64,000 nucleotides of DNA from an uncultured Thiomicrospira sp. GTDB lineage: Bacteria > Pseudomonadota > Gammaproteobacteria > CAKMZV01. Each line of letters starts with the position of its first letter. Position 1 is the stretch's first letter. The notes under the pieces were generated by a model that was not told the DNA's origin, searched no databases, and worked only from the letters and a program-made list of their open reading frames with translations. Shown here piece after piece: positions 20,901 to 29,348 of this stretch. The position numbers and the translations under genes were made by a program. The stretch is taken from NCBI GenBank assembly GCA_965195345.1, contig OZ239628.1, positions 1,600,001-1,664,000 on the forward strand. The letters run 5' to 3'.

Positions 20901-23649
20901 TCTAATTACAGCATTTGCTGACACTCAAAGATTAACTTCCACATTGACCGTGTTTGTTCAAGTCAGCGCGGGCTCACTCGCAAGAGTCATTCCAGCAACG
21001 GCAACCGTCTTTACTGGTAACCCTGTGGGAACTCCTATCTACACCGCTTCACAGGTTAGTGGTAGTTTCTTGAACGATGGATCACTCGTATTTTCAACAT
21101 TCTCAATCAGCATCACGCCTGCAACAATTAATCCACTGTTTACAATCAACTCCACCAATGGAGCAATCACTCTGGCACGTATACCAACACTCGCAGACAT
21201 TGCCACACAAACCATTGCAATAACCGCTTTTAATAACGATGATCGAACAGCACTATCAACCGCAACATTGGTGGTTAGCGTTCAAGCGGGCACACTTACA
21301 AGAGTCATTCCAGCAACAGCAACCATCTCTACTAATGCTCTTGCAGGCGCATCTATCTACACCGCTTCACAGGTTAGTGGTAGCTTTTTAAACGATGGAT
21401 CACTGAACTTTTCAACATTCTCAATCAGTGTCACTCCTTCAACAACTAATCCACTGTTTACAATCAATGCCACTAATGGAGCAATCACTTTAGTACGGAG
21501 CCCTGAAGCAGCCGATGCCTCTACCCAAACAATTCTAATTACAGCATTTGCTGGCACTCAAAGATTAACTTCCACATTGACCGTGTTTGTTCAAGTCAGC
21601 GCGGGCTCACTCGCAAGAGTCATTCCAGCAACGGCAACCGTCTTTACTGGCAATCCTGTGGGAACTCCTATCTACACAGCTTCACAGGTTAGTGGTAGTT
21701 TCTTGAACGATGGATCACTCGTATTTTCAACATTCTCAATCAGCATCACGCCTGCAACAATTAATCCACTGTTTACAATCAACTCCACTAATGGAGCAAT
21801 CACTCTGGCACGTATACCCACACTCGCAGACATTGCTACACAAACCATTGCAATAACCGCTTTTAATAACGATGATCGAACAGCACTATCAACCGCAACA
21901 TTGGTGGTTAGCGTTTTGCCATCTAATGTCCTAAGCTTAACAACAGGTGTAAAAACCATCAATTTTTCATGGGAGATTCTCCCAAACAGCATCAATCACT
22001 ATCAACTCTTAACAAACCCTGAGGGTACGTCTGGCTTTATTGACTTGAGCACCAATGGTGTAATCGTTAGCCCAAACAGCACTAATATCACTGCGACAAC
22101 AGCCAGTGCCCGCATCGCTTTGCATAAATATTTCGCTATCGCCAACAATCCGCAATATATCGTCGAAACATGTGCTTCTGTTGATAACAGCAATTGCGCG
22201 AATCAACACACTCAACGTTCACTGACCAATGCACAAGTGCGGAGTTTAATTGAGCAATTCTCACCCTCTAATCTAGACTTTGCAGATCAATTTGGAGCAG
22301 CAGTAAGCATCAGTTCAGACGGCAACACCTTTGTGGTAGGCGCTTTTTCAGAAGATGGCGACTCTTCTTCCACTATGGCGACACCCAATGACAATGCTCT
22401 CAATTCGGGTGCTGCCTATGTCTTTACCCGTTCAGGCAATACTTGGACACAGACAGGCTATCTGAAAGCATCTAATACTGGAGGAGGCATTCCCCCTAAC
22501 GGTCCTGGTGATCAATTCGGTGTTTCCGTTGCCATCAGCGCAGACGGTTCGATTATCGTTGTTGGTGCGCCAGCTGAAGATGGCGACTCTAATTCTTCTG
22601 CATTAAACCCCAATGAAAATGCCCAACTGGCAGGAGCCGCCTATGTATTCAGCCGTTCGGGCTCGGTTTGGTCACAAACCGCCTATCTCAAAGCAACTAA
22701 TGCCAGTTTTAATGCTTTCTTTGGTCGTTCTGTGAGTATTAATGGTGACGGTTCGGTCCTCGTAGTTGGTGCTAATTTTGCTAATGCATTCAATGGTTCC
22801 GCCTATGTGTTCAGCCGTTCGGGTTCAGTTTGGTCACAAACCGCCGAACTGGTTGCCTCAAATCCAAGTGTACTTGATGAGTTTGGCCTTACTGTAAGAA
22901 TCAATAACGCTGGTACGGTCATTGCCATCGGTTCTCCAAATGAGGATGGGAGTGGCACCTCTAGTATGGCAGTACCCAATGACTCTGCCATAGATGCGGG
23001 TGCCGTTTACATATACGCTCGCACTTCTACTACCATTCCTTCTTGGACTCAAACTGCCTATATCAAAGCGTCTAATGCCGAGGGGGCTGACACCAACGCC
23101 AATGGAGATCAATTTGGTCGATCTATTGATTTCAATGCCGACGGTTCAATCCTCGTTGTTAATGCGCAGAATGAAGATGGAAGTTCTACTTCTACTATGG
23201 CAATGCCCAATAATTCCTCCACCGACACTGGTTCCGCCTATGTATTCAACCGCTCAGGTCCAGTTACGAGTACGACTTGGACACAAACCGCCTATGTCAA
23301 AGCGCCTAATGCTGACGATGGTGATCAATTTGGCAATTCAGTTGCGATTAGTGGCAACAGTCAAATTCTACTCATCGGTACTCAGCAAGAAAATTCAAAT
23401 GCTTTTTCAGGAATGAACCCCAGTTCCGATAACAGTCTAACAAATGCAGGAGCAGCCTATACCTATGCTATTGACAATGGTAATATAAGGTTTTTGAGCT
23501 TTCTTAAGGCACGTATTTCAGCTAATAATGAAGATTTTGGTAATTCCGCCGCATTAGATCACAGCGGCAATAACGCAATTGTTGGTGCACCAGGTACAAT
23601 AAATGCATTAGGTGTGGCTTCACCAGCTGACTTTGTCACTCTTTATTAA
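17977..23649 (+). CDS. Giant surface lipoprotein, putative adhesin: cadherin/Ig-like repeat stalk plus C-terminal FG-GAP beta-propeller
   Basis: Signal peptide ending in lipobox LQGC; 12 Ser/Thr-rich modules of about 105 aa (LFTIN.TNGAITL, cadherin-like); seven blades with xxFG.(S/A/T)(V/I/A) and GAAYVF.RSG..W.QT.Y.KA.N motifs. Confidence 0.85.
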   Translation: MNVRHFSTLAHAFPLRASLTLVIITLMLYLLQGCGSNNGNNNPTITGDGANSTTVSSTATVSITDPAGTNIYSAAQVREIFSNNSSVIFTAFSITTDPALTLPLFSINPINGHLILARSPLAADPSTHTIQITASSINDQTVTATATLVINIDVGALTRTIPAKSTIFANTPAGTSIYTASQVSGSFLNDGSLVFSTFSISITPATINPLFTINSTNGAITLARIPTLADIATQTIAITAFNNDDRTALSTATLVVSVQAGVLTRVIPATATISTNALAGTSIYTASQVSGSFLNDGSLVFSTFSISITPATINPLFTINSTNGAITLVRSPEAADASTQTILITAFAGTQRLTSTLTVFVQVSAGSLARVIPATATVFTGNPVGTPIYTASQVSGSFLNDGSLVFSTFSISITPATINPLFTINSTNGAITLARIPTLADIATQTIAITAFNNDDRTALSTATLVVSVQAGVLTRVIPATATISTNALAGTSIYTASQVSGSFLNDGSLNFSTFSISVTPSTTNPLFTINATNGAITLVRSPEAADASTQTILITAFAGTQRLTSTLTVFVQVSAGSLARVIPATATVFTGNPVGTPIYTASQVSGSFLNDGSLVFSTFSISITPATINPLFTINSTNGAITLARIPTLADIATQTIAITAFNNDDRTALSTATLVVSVQAGVLTRVIPATATISTNALAGTSIYTASQVSGSFLNDGSLNFSTFSISVTPSTTNPLFTINATNGAITLVRSPEAADASTQTILITAFAGTQRLTSTLTVFVQVSAGSLARVIPATATVFTDNPVGTPIYTASQVSGSFLNDGSLVFSTFSISITPATINPLFTINSTNGAITLARIPTLADIATQTIAITAFNNDDRTGLSTATLVVSVQAGVLTRVIPATATISTNALAGTSIYTASQVSGSFLNDGSLNFSTFSISVTPSTTNPLFTINATNGAITLVRSPEAADASTQTILITAFADTQRLTSTLTVFVQVSAGSLARVIPATATVFTGNPVGTPIYTASQVSGSFLNDGSLVFSTFSISITPATINPLFTINSTNGAITLARIPTLADIATQTIAITAFNNDDRTALSTATLVVSVQAGTLTRVIPATATISTNALAGASIYTASQVSGSFLNDGSLNFSTFSISVTPSTTNPLFTINATNGAITLVRSPEAADASTQTILITAFAGTQRLTSTLTVFVQVSAGSLARVIPATATVFTGNPVGTPIYTASQVSGSFLNDGSLVFSTFSISITPATINPLFTINSTNGAITLARIPTLADIATQTIAITAFNNDDRTALSTATLVVSVLPSNVLSLTTGVKTINFSWEILPNSINHYQLLTNPEGTSGFIDLSTNGVIVSPNSTNITATTASARIALHKYFAIANNPQYIVETCASVDNSNCANQHTQRSLTNAQVRSLIEQFSPSNLDFADQFGAAVSISSDGNTFVVGAFSEDGDSSSTMATPNDNALNSGAAYVFTRSGNTWTQTGYLKASNTGGGIPPNGPGDQFGVSVAISADGSIIVVGAPAEDGDSNSSALNPNENAQLAGAAYVFSRSGSVWSQTAYLKATNASFNAFFGRSVSINGDGSVLVVGANFANAFNGSAYVFSRSGSVWSQTAELVASNPSVLDEFGLTVRINNAGTVIAIGSPNEDGSGTSSMAVPNDSAIDAGAVYIYARTSTTIPSWTQTAYIKASNAEGADTNANGDQFGRSIDFNADGSILVVNAQNEDGSSTSTMAMPNNSSTDTGSAYVFNRSGPVTSTTWTQTAYVKAPNADDGDQFGNSVAISGNSQILLIGTQQENSNAFSGMNPSSDNSLTNAGAAYTYAIDNGNIRFLSFLKARISANNEDFGNSAALDHSGNNAIVGAPGTINALGVASPADFVTLY
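18445..21915 (+). repeat. Intragenic tandem repeat, 633-bp unit (318-bp A + 315-bp B), about 5.5 copies
   Basis: A modules start at 18445, 19078, 19711, 20344, 20977, 21610; B modules at 18763, 19396, 20029, 20662, 21295. Antisense ORFs recur every 633 bp. Confidence 0.97.
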
Positions 23650-23910
23650 GCATAGCAATAATCTTTGAGTGCATGGATCATATCATTGGCGTGCATACTT
23701 TCTAAGCATTCTTCTTATTTTTAAAAGCTATTCCAAAACCACATCCCAAAGTGCGTGCCTTTAACCTTTCCACGCTTACTTAGAGTTACAGCAACAGCAC
23801 AGAATACCTATGACAACTGCACACACCTAATAAATAACTCAAATTACAATAAAGTCGCAATGAAATCGCATTACCCCTCACGTCAGTCCATACAACGCAT
23901 TTAATCAATT

Positions 23911-24100
23911 CTTCGCTCAAGCATTTAGTTGTCGCTGATAATCCTTGCCCTGATGGTTTTGCTGTCTTGCAAGGATATAAAAGTTGTACAGACGCTTCAC
24001 CCAAAAACAATTCTACTAACTCTGTCTATACTGCTTCACAGATTATCGATAGCTTTTCGAACAATGCCATCTCGCATTGTTATCGCTGTCAACATTTGAT
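23911..24100 (+). pseudogene. Degenerate remnant of a paralog of the adhesin 5' end
   Basis: Interrupted frames read LRSSI*LSLIILALMVLL (cf. LRASLTLVIITLMLYLL), then TTGCAAGGAT as at the adhesin lipobox, then NSVYTASQIIDSFSNN (cf. TNIYSAAQVREIFSNN and SIYTASQVSGSF). Confidence 0.6.
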
Positions 24101-24512
24101 ATTAACCAGCGTAGCATCTGATGAGCAAGATAGTCTCCTCACGAGACTTCATAGTGAAGATACAAAATACGATGCCTGTATGGAGTGCTATTTGATAACG
24201 AACAATATTGCAATGGTGTTGCTAAGAAAATTAAGAAAAAACCGATCAGAAATTAAAGAAGCCAAGCCCTCAAAATACAGTTACCAAAGCACGAGAAAAA
24301 CCTAAAGAAAAACTACAAAAAAATTGAGACGGATGAAGAATTGGAACGAGTAAAGAAGAAAATAGAGCTTACCAAAAGTAATCCTAATACAAAAAATATT
24401 AATATAGGATCATAAATTGAATAGCAGTGATTCGTAGTTGATTAGCACTGAAAACCTGCTATTTTATTAAATTCCTCATACAGCATATGCGCCGATATGA
24501 CATTGATAAAAC

Positions 24513-24521
24513 TGTTAGAAT
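24513..24521 (+). promoter_or_regulatory. Putative extended -10 promoter for the ndk operon
   Basis: TG-T-TAGAAT about 90 bp upstream of ndk. Confidence 0.4.
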
Positions 24522-24611
24522 ACGGACTATAAATTCATTGAGTGTACTGGTGCACTTTTCAAAAATCAGTTATCTTTTAATACTTAATTTACAAACGGAG
24601 TGATATTTAAC

Positions 24612-25010
24612 ATGGAACGTACTCTATCCATTATTAAACCTGATGCAGTAGCCAAAAACGTTATTGGTGAAATCTATAGCCGATTTGAACGTGGCGGTCT
24701 AAAAATTGTCAATGCGCGTATGTTGCATTTAACTAGAGAGCAAGCCGAATCGTTTTACGCAATACATAAGGATCGACCTTTCTTTGCTGACTTAGTTGAC
24801 TTTATGACTTCTGCCCCAGTCATGGTACAAGCCCTTGAAGGGGATGATGCTGTCTCGAAAAATCGTACGTTAATGGGCGCAACGAACCCTAAAGAGGCAG
24901 AAGCTGGAACGATACGAGCAGATTTTGCTGACAGTATTGATGCCAACGCTGTTCATGGATCGGATTCCTTAGAAAATGCAGCCATAGAGATTAAGTTCTT
25001 TTTCGGTTAA
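24612..25010 (+). CDS. ndk: Nucleoside diphosphate kinase
   Basis: [26 protein letters not shown]; start placed at ATG 24612. Confidence 0.97.
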   Translation: MERTLSIIKPDAVAKNVIGEIYSRFERGGLKIVNARMLHLTREQAESFYAIHKDRPFFADLVDFMTSAPVMVQALEGDDAVSKNRTLMGATNPKEAEAGTIRADFADSIDANAVHGSDSLENAAIEIKFFFG

Positions 25011-25052
25011 ACTTGGTTGATTAATTTTTTTGGTTAAATATAAAATTCGACG

Positions 25053-26171
25053 GTGACCAATCAAAAAACAAACCTACTTGGTTTAGACGCAAAACAAATG
25101 CAGGAGTTGTTTGCAGGCATCAGTGAACCTTCGTACCGCGCAAATCAAATGCTGCGGTGGTTGCATCAAACAGGTATAAGCGATTTTGAGCAGTGTAGCA
25201 ATTTCTCTAAAAAGTTACGCCAGCATTTGAATGATAATTTCTGCATTGAACTCCCTACTATTTTAAACACGCAGTTATCAGCAGATGGAACTTGCAAATG
25301 GCTGCTTGGCTTGAACGAGAACAACTCTATTGAGATGGTTTTTATTCCAGAAGAAAAAAGAGGAACACTGTGCATTTCTTCACAGATTGGATGTGCGCTG
25401 GATTGCAGTTTCTGTGCTACAGGAAAACAAGGGTTTAACCGCAATCTCAAAGCTTGGGAAATTATTGCTCAGGTGTGGATTGCTACTCAAAGCCTACTTA
25501 AAGAAGAAAGCAATCAACGTATTACAAACATTGTATTTATGGGGATGGGAGAGCCGCTGCTTAATATTCAACAGGTAGGCATTGCCGCACGGCTATTATT
25601 GGACGACAATGCTTATGGTCTCTCCAAACGACGAGTTACAGTCAGCACTGCAGGTGTCGTTCCAATGATATTAAGATTAAATGAAGAAGCAGATGTCTCA
25701 TTGGCTATTTCTCTTCATGCACCGAATGATAATTTGCGTAACGAACTGGTACCAATTAATAAAAAATATCCTATAAAAGACTTGCTTGCTGCATGTAAGA
25801 CCTCTTTAAAAGGATGCGATCAACGCAAGCATATTCTGTTTGAATACGTTTTGCTTGATGGTGTAAATGATCAACCTGAACATGCACATCAGTTGGGTAA
25901 AATTGTTCGAGATATACCTTGCAAGGTTAATTTGATTCCATTCAACCCATTCTTTGGCTCTGGATATAAAACGTCTCCTGTCCATGTTCAGCTACGATTC
26001 CAGAATATTTTACGGAGCCATAAAGTCCGATCATTACTTAGACGTACGCGAGGCAGTGATATAGAAGCGGCTTGTGGGCAATTGGCAGGAAAAGTTAAGG
26101 ATCGTACTCGACGCACCATTAGTTGGAAAAAATCCATCGAAAATCAAGCGATCGTGGCAAGTAAAGCATGA
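25053..26171 (+). CDS. rlmN: Dual-specificity RNA methyltransferase RlmN
   Basis: Radical SAM CALDCSFC, FMGMGEP, AACGQL. Confidence 0.96.
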   Translation: MTNQKTNLLGLDAKQMQELFAGISEPSYRANQMLRWLHQTGISDFEQCSNFSKKLRQHLNDNFCIELPTILNTQLSADGTCKWLLGLNENNSIEMVFIPEEKRGTLCISSQIGCALDCSFCATGKQGFNRNLKAWEIIAQVWIATQSLLKEESNQRITNIVFMGMGEPLLNIQQVGIAARLLLDDNAYGLSKRRVTVSTAGVVPMILRLNEEADVSLAISLHAPNDNLRNELVPINKKYPIKDLLAACKTSLKGCDQRKHILFEYVLLDGVNDQPEHAHQLGKIVRDIPCKVNLIPFNPFFGSGYKTSPVHVQLRFQNILRSHKVRSLLRRTRGSDIEAACGQLAGKVKDRTRRTISWKKSIENQAIVASKA

Positions 26172-27436
26172 GCAATAAAATACAGTCGGTACGCGGCATG
26201 AGCGACTTCAAAGGCTTGGAAGCACGCGCATATAATGACATAGTCAATTGCATTGCAAATATTTTGCAACAATTTAACTTTGAAGCATGTTCCACTCCTA
26301 TCGTTGAAAAGACCGCTTTGTTTGTGCGATCGGTTGGTGAGGTAACCGATATTGTTGAAAAAGAAATGTACACGTTTAATGATCGAAATGGAGACAGCCT
26401 TTCTTTACGACCTGAATGTACTGCCAGTTGCGCTCGCGCATTGATTGAAAATAGTTGGTTGCAAACTGCTAATCCCTTAAAGATTTTTTATCACGGCGCT
26501 ATGTTTCGTCATGAACGTCCACAGAAAGGACGTTATCGCCAGTTTCATCAATTTGGTGCAGAAATATTTGGCAGCACATCGCCCTATCATGATGCTGAGT
26601 TGGTTGTTGCAACACATCGATTATGGCGCTCGTTAAAAATTGATTCATCTCTTCATCTTGAAATCAATACATTAGGCAGTAATGAAGATCGCCAAAATTA
26701 TAAAAAGGCGTTGGTTGCATATTTGAAAGGTTGCTATAACTTATTAGACGAAGATAGCCAAAAAAGGATGGTAACCAACCCGTTGCGAATACTGGACTCT
26801 AAAGCTGAAAAAACGCAAGATTGCTTACGTGACGCACCCAAAATGAATGATTTTATCAGTGAAAAAAGTCGTGAGGCTTTCAATATTTTCACAAAAGCAC
26901 TGGATGTATGTGGTGTTGAATGGCAACTGAACCAACGGCTTGTTCGTGGTTTGGATTATTATAATGATACGGTGTTTGAATGGGTCAGCGATGCTTTAGG
27001 GTCTCAGGGTACAATCTGTGGTGGTGGACGTTATGACGGTTTGGTTGAATTGCTTGGTGGGAAAAGCACACCTGGTGTTGGTTTTGCTATGGGTATTGAG
27101 CGCATAATGCTTTTGTATTTAGATACAGAACCTTATAAAAGCGAAAAAAACAATCGCATATTTGTTATTTCTCAAGATAATACTGCCGTCAGTGCATTTT
27201 CTTTGAGTGAACGTCTTCGTAAGAATACGAATTGGCAGGTTTATGGCGCATTTGATGGCTCAAGCATGAAAAGTCAATTCAAAAAGGCTGATAAATCTGG
27301 GGCACAAATTGCGTTGATTTTGGGTGAAGATGAGCTGAATGCAAATGCCGTTACTTTAAAGAATATGCAGACGGATACGCCACAACAACTTATTAATATT
27401 GATGAACTGGAAAATTTTTTAGAAACATTTTTATAA
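26168..27436 (+). CDS. hisS: Histidine--tRNA ligase
   Basis: TDIVEKEMYTF, FRHERPQKGRYRQFHQ, LVRGLDYY, GGGRYDGL. Confidence 0.97.
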   Translation: MSNKIQSVRGMSDFKGLEARAYNDIVNCIANILQQFNFEACSTPIVEKTALFVRSVGEVTDIVEKEMYTFNDRNGDSLSLRPECTASCARALIENSWLQTANPLKIFYHGAMFRHERPQKGRYRQFHQFGAEIFGSTSPYHDAELVVATHRLWRSLKIDSSLHLEINTLGSNEDRQNYKKALVAYLKGCYNLLDEDSQKRMVTNPLRILDSKAEKTQDCLRDAPKMNDFISEKSREAFNIFTKALDVCGVEWQLNQRLVRGLDYYNDTVFEWVSDALGSQGTICGGGRYDGLVELLGGKSTPGVGFAMGIERIMLLYLDTEPYKSEKNNRIFVISQDNTAVSAFSLSERLRKNTNWQVYGAFDGSSMKSQFKKADKSGAQIALILGEDELNANAVTLKNMQTDTPQQLINIDELENFLETFL

Positions 27437-27454
27437 GCTATTAAGTAGGAAAAT

Positions 27455-28099
27455 ATGGATCAAACATTAACACAACAACAACAGTGGTTGTTAGTAAAAA
27501 GATGGTTTAAGAAAAACGGGCTACCAATTGTTATTGGAGTAGTCATTGGCATTGGTGGCGTTATCGGGTGGAAGTACTGGCAATCAAGTGTTGAAAACCA
27601 TCGTGCAGATGGTGCAACTTTATACATTTTATTGCAACAAGCTGTAGCTAAAGAATCATTTGAAGTCGCTCAGCAGTTAACTGATGAATTAATTTCTGAG
27701 TATGCAGATACTCCTTATGGCAACAGCGCGCGCTTGATTTTTGCAAAACTATTGTATAAGTCGGGTAAGAAAGAAAATGCTGTGGAACAGCTGAAAGCAG
27801 TTTTAAACAATAATCCGAATCAAATTGTAAGAGAGGCCGCTGCCAACCGCTTAGCTCGTTTGTATATTGATTTAAATCAAATAGACAACGCATTGATGCT
27901 TATTTCAGCACAACTCGGAGAAATATTGGGTGGCAATGCTGTTTCTCACTTATATCTGATTGAAGCAGATGCGTTCATTGCCCAGAATCAGTTTTCTGCA
28001 GCACGTGCAGCTCTAAACAATGCCTTGAAAAATTTGCCTACAAACTCACCATTGAAAAATTTAATAGACTTAAAAATCAATAATTTTCAAAATCGATAA
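27455..28099 (+). CDS. yfgM: YfgM-family TPR-like membrane chaperone
   Basis: WFKKNG followed by a single TM (GWKYWQ), YADTPY and TPR-like helices; lies between hisS and bamB. Confidence 0.85.
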   Translation: MDQTLTQQQQWLLVKRWFKKNGLPIVIGVVIGIGGVIGWKYWQSSVENHRADGATLYILLQQAVAKESFEVAQQLTDELISEYADTPYGNSARLIFAKLLYKSGKKENAVEQLKAVLNNNPNQIVREAAANRLARLYIDLNQIDNALMLISAQLGEILGGNAVSHLYLIEADAFIAQNQFSAARAALNNALKNLPTNSPLKNLIDLKINNFQNR

Positions 28100-29322
28100 T
28101 GCACAAAATACTACAGTTCTTGTGCTGTGTAAGCTTGTTTTTTTTGAGTGCCTGCAGCAGTTCCGAATTCAAAAATGATGATGCTATTGAAAAAGTTATC
28201 ATAAACGGGGAGCAACAAACTTCATCTACTCAACCTGTAGAAGATGTGAAATCTTTGCCAATTGCTTTGTCTGATTATGAGCAAAAGGCTTTTCCATACA
28301 TAGACTGGTGGCAAGAGTTCTCTCCTTATTCTCTTGATGAATACAGTCATCTCACTGCGCATAATATAAAAATGGCAATTGATTGGGAGTATTTATATGT
28401 CCCGCTTCCTTATGGAGAGCTTTATGCCCTTGAGATGGAAACAGGTGATGAAATATGGAGCGTGAAATTCTCTAACCCAATAAATACGGGGGCAGCAGTC
28501 GATAATGGAATAGTATATGTTGGATTATTAGAGGGTGAAGTTATTGCACTTGATAGCCTTACTGGAAAAGAGTTGTGGCGCAAACGCTTAAACAGCTCGG
28601 TAAATGCTATAAGCCCTCAACCGAGTGGGATCTATGCTCGAGATGTGGAAGGTAATGTTTATAAAATCAATCCGAAAAACGGTTCAGACATTTGGCAGGA
28701 GAAGGACTTCATTCCTAAATTAACAATTGTTGGCAACTCTCTCCCTTTGGAGAGGGGGGCATTTGTTGTGTATGGTGATGATAATGGGCATGTGATTTTT
28801 CGTAACAAGGATGATGCTCATTTGATAAAGCGCATCGTTGTTGGTGGGTCTCGCGGTTATTCTGAGCTTGATAATATTCTCGATGTACAACCCGAGCTTA
28901 TTAAAAATAATGTTTTCTACACAGCCGCTTGGAAGTCGCAGCTCGCTGCTATTGATTTAGAATCTCAAAACCTTTTATGGCTTAGAAAAGAAGGAAACTT
29001 CAAGAGCATTCAGTCACATGAAAACCTTCTTTTAGTTCAAAAAGAAAACGGCAATATCGAAGGCATGTTGCCCAGAAGCGGTAAAACAATATGGCAAAAA
29101 ACTTATTCAAATCGTCCTTCGAGCACTATAGTTAAACATGGAAATTGGTGGGTAATAAGTGACAATCAAGGGGTAATGCATTGGTTTGATGGCGAAGATG
29201 GTAATGCTGTTGCCCGTTTTAGAGATGAGATCGCATGGGGCATTCAAGCTGCCAGCGTAGATGATCAGATATTTATCCTTAATCAATTAGGTCAGTTGAT
29301 CAAATTCAAAATTAATCCATAG
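28099..29322 (+). CDS. bamB: Outer membrane protein assembly lipoprotein BamB (divergent)
   Basis: Lipobox LSAC; PQQ-like propeller repeats (AL...TG..LW); conserved position yfgM-bamB-der. Confidence 0.8.
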   Translation: MHKILQFLCCVSLFFLSACSSSEFKNDDAIEKVIINGEQQTSSTQPVEDVKSLPIALSDYEQKAFPYIDWWQEFSPYSLDEYSHLTAHNIKMAIDWEYLYVPLPYGELYALEMETGDEIWSVKFSNPINTGAAVDNGIVYVGLLEGEVIALDSLTGKELWRKRLNSSVNAISPQPSGIYARDVEGNVYKINPKNGSDIWQEKDFIPKLTIVGNSLPLERGAFVVYGDDNGHVIFRNKDDAHLIKRIVVGGSRGYSELDNILDVQPELIKNNVFYTAAWKSQLAAIDLESQNLLWLRKEGNFKSIQSHENLLLVQKENGNIEGMLPRSGKTIWQKTYSNRPSSTIVKHGNWWVISDNQGVMHWFDGEDGNAVARFRDEIAWGIQAASVDDQIFILNQLGQLIKFKINP

Positions 29323-29348
29323 TTAATCTCAGTCAATCCGTAGAACTT

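Noticed and set aside
18445-21915. Repeat array as CRISPR or as a diversity-generating retroelement template/variable pair
   Set aside because: Units are 315-318 bp, in frame and without unique spacers. There is no cas or reverse transcriptase gene in the window, and the differences are not adenine-specific.
18825-21995. Five near-identical 66-aa antisense ORFs and a 107-aa one, which could suggest an array of small genes
   Set aside because: They are the reverse-strand shadow of the 633-bp coding repeats of the adhesin.
23967-24305. 112-aa ORF as an intact gene
   Set aside because: It reads as a patchwork: a short adhesin-like segment followed by unrelated sequence, without SD or signal peptide. 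Treated as part of the pseudogene region.
24420-24463. Imperfect inverted repeat AATAGCAG...CTGCTATT as a MITE or REP element
   Set aside because: Single copy in the window, no target-site duplication; could be chance or a terminator-like hairpin.
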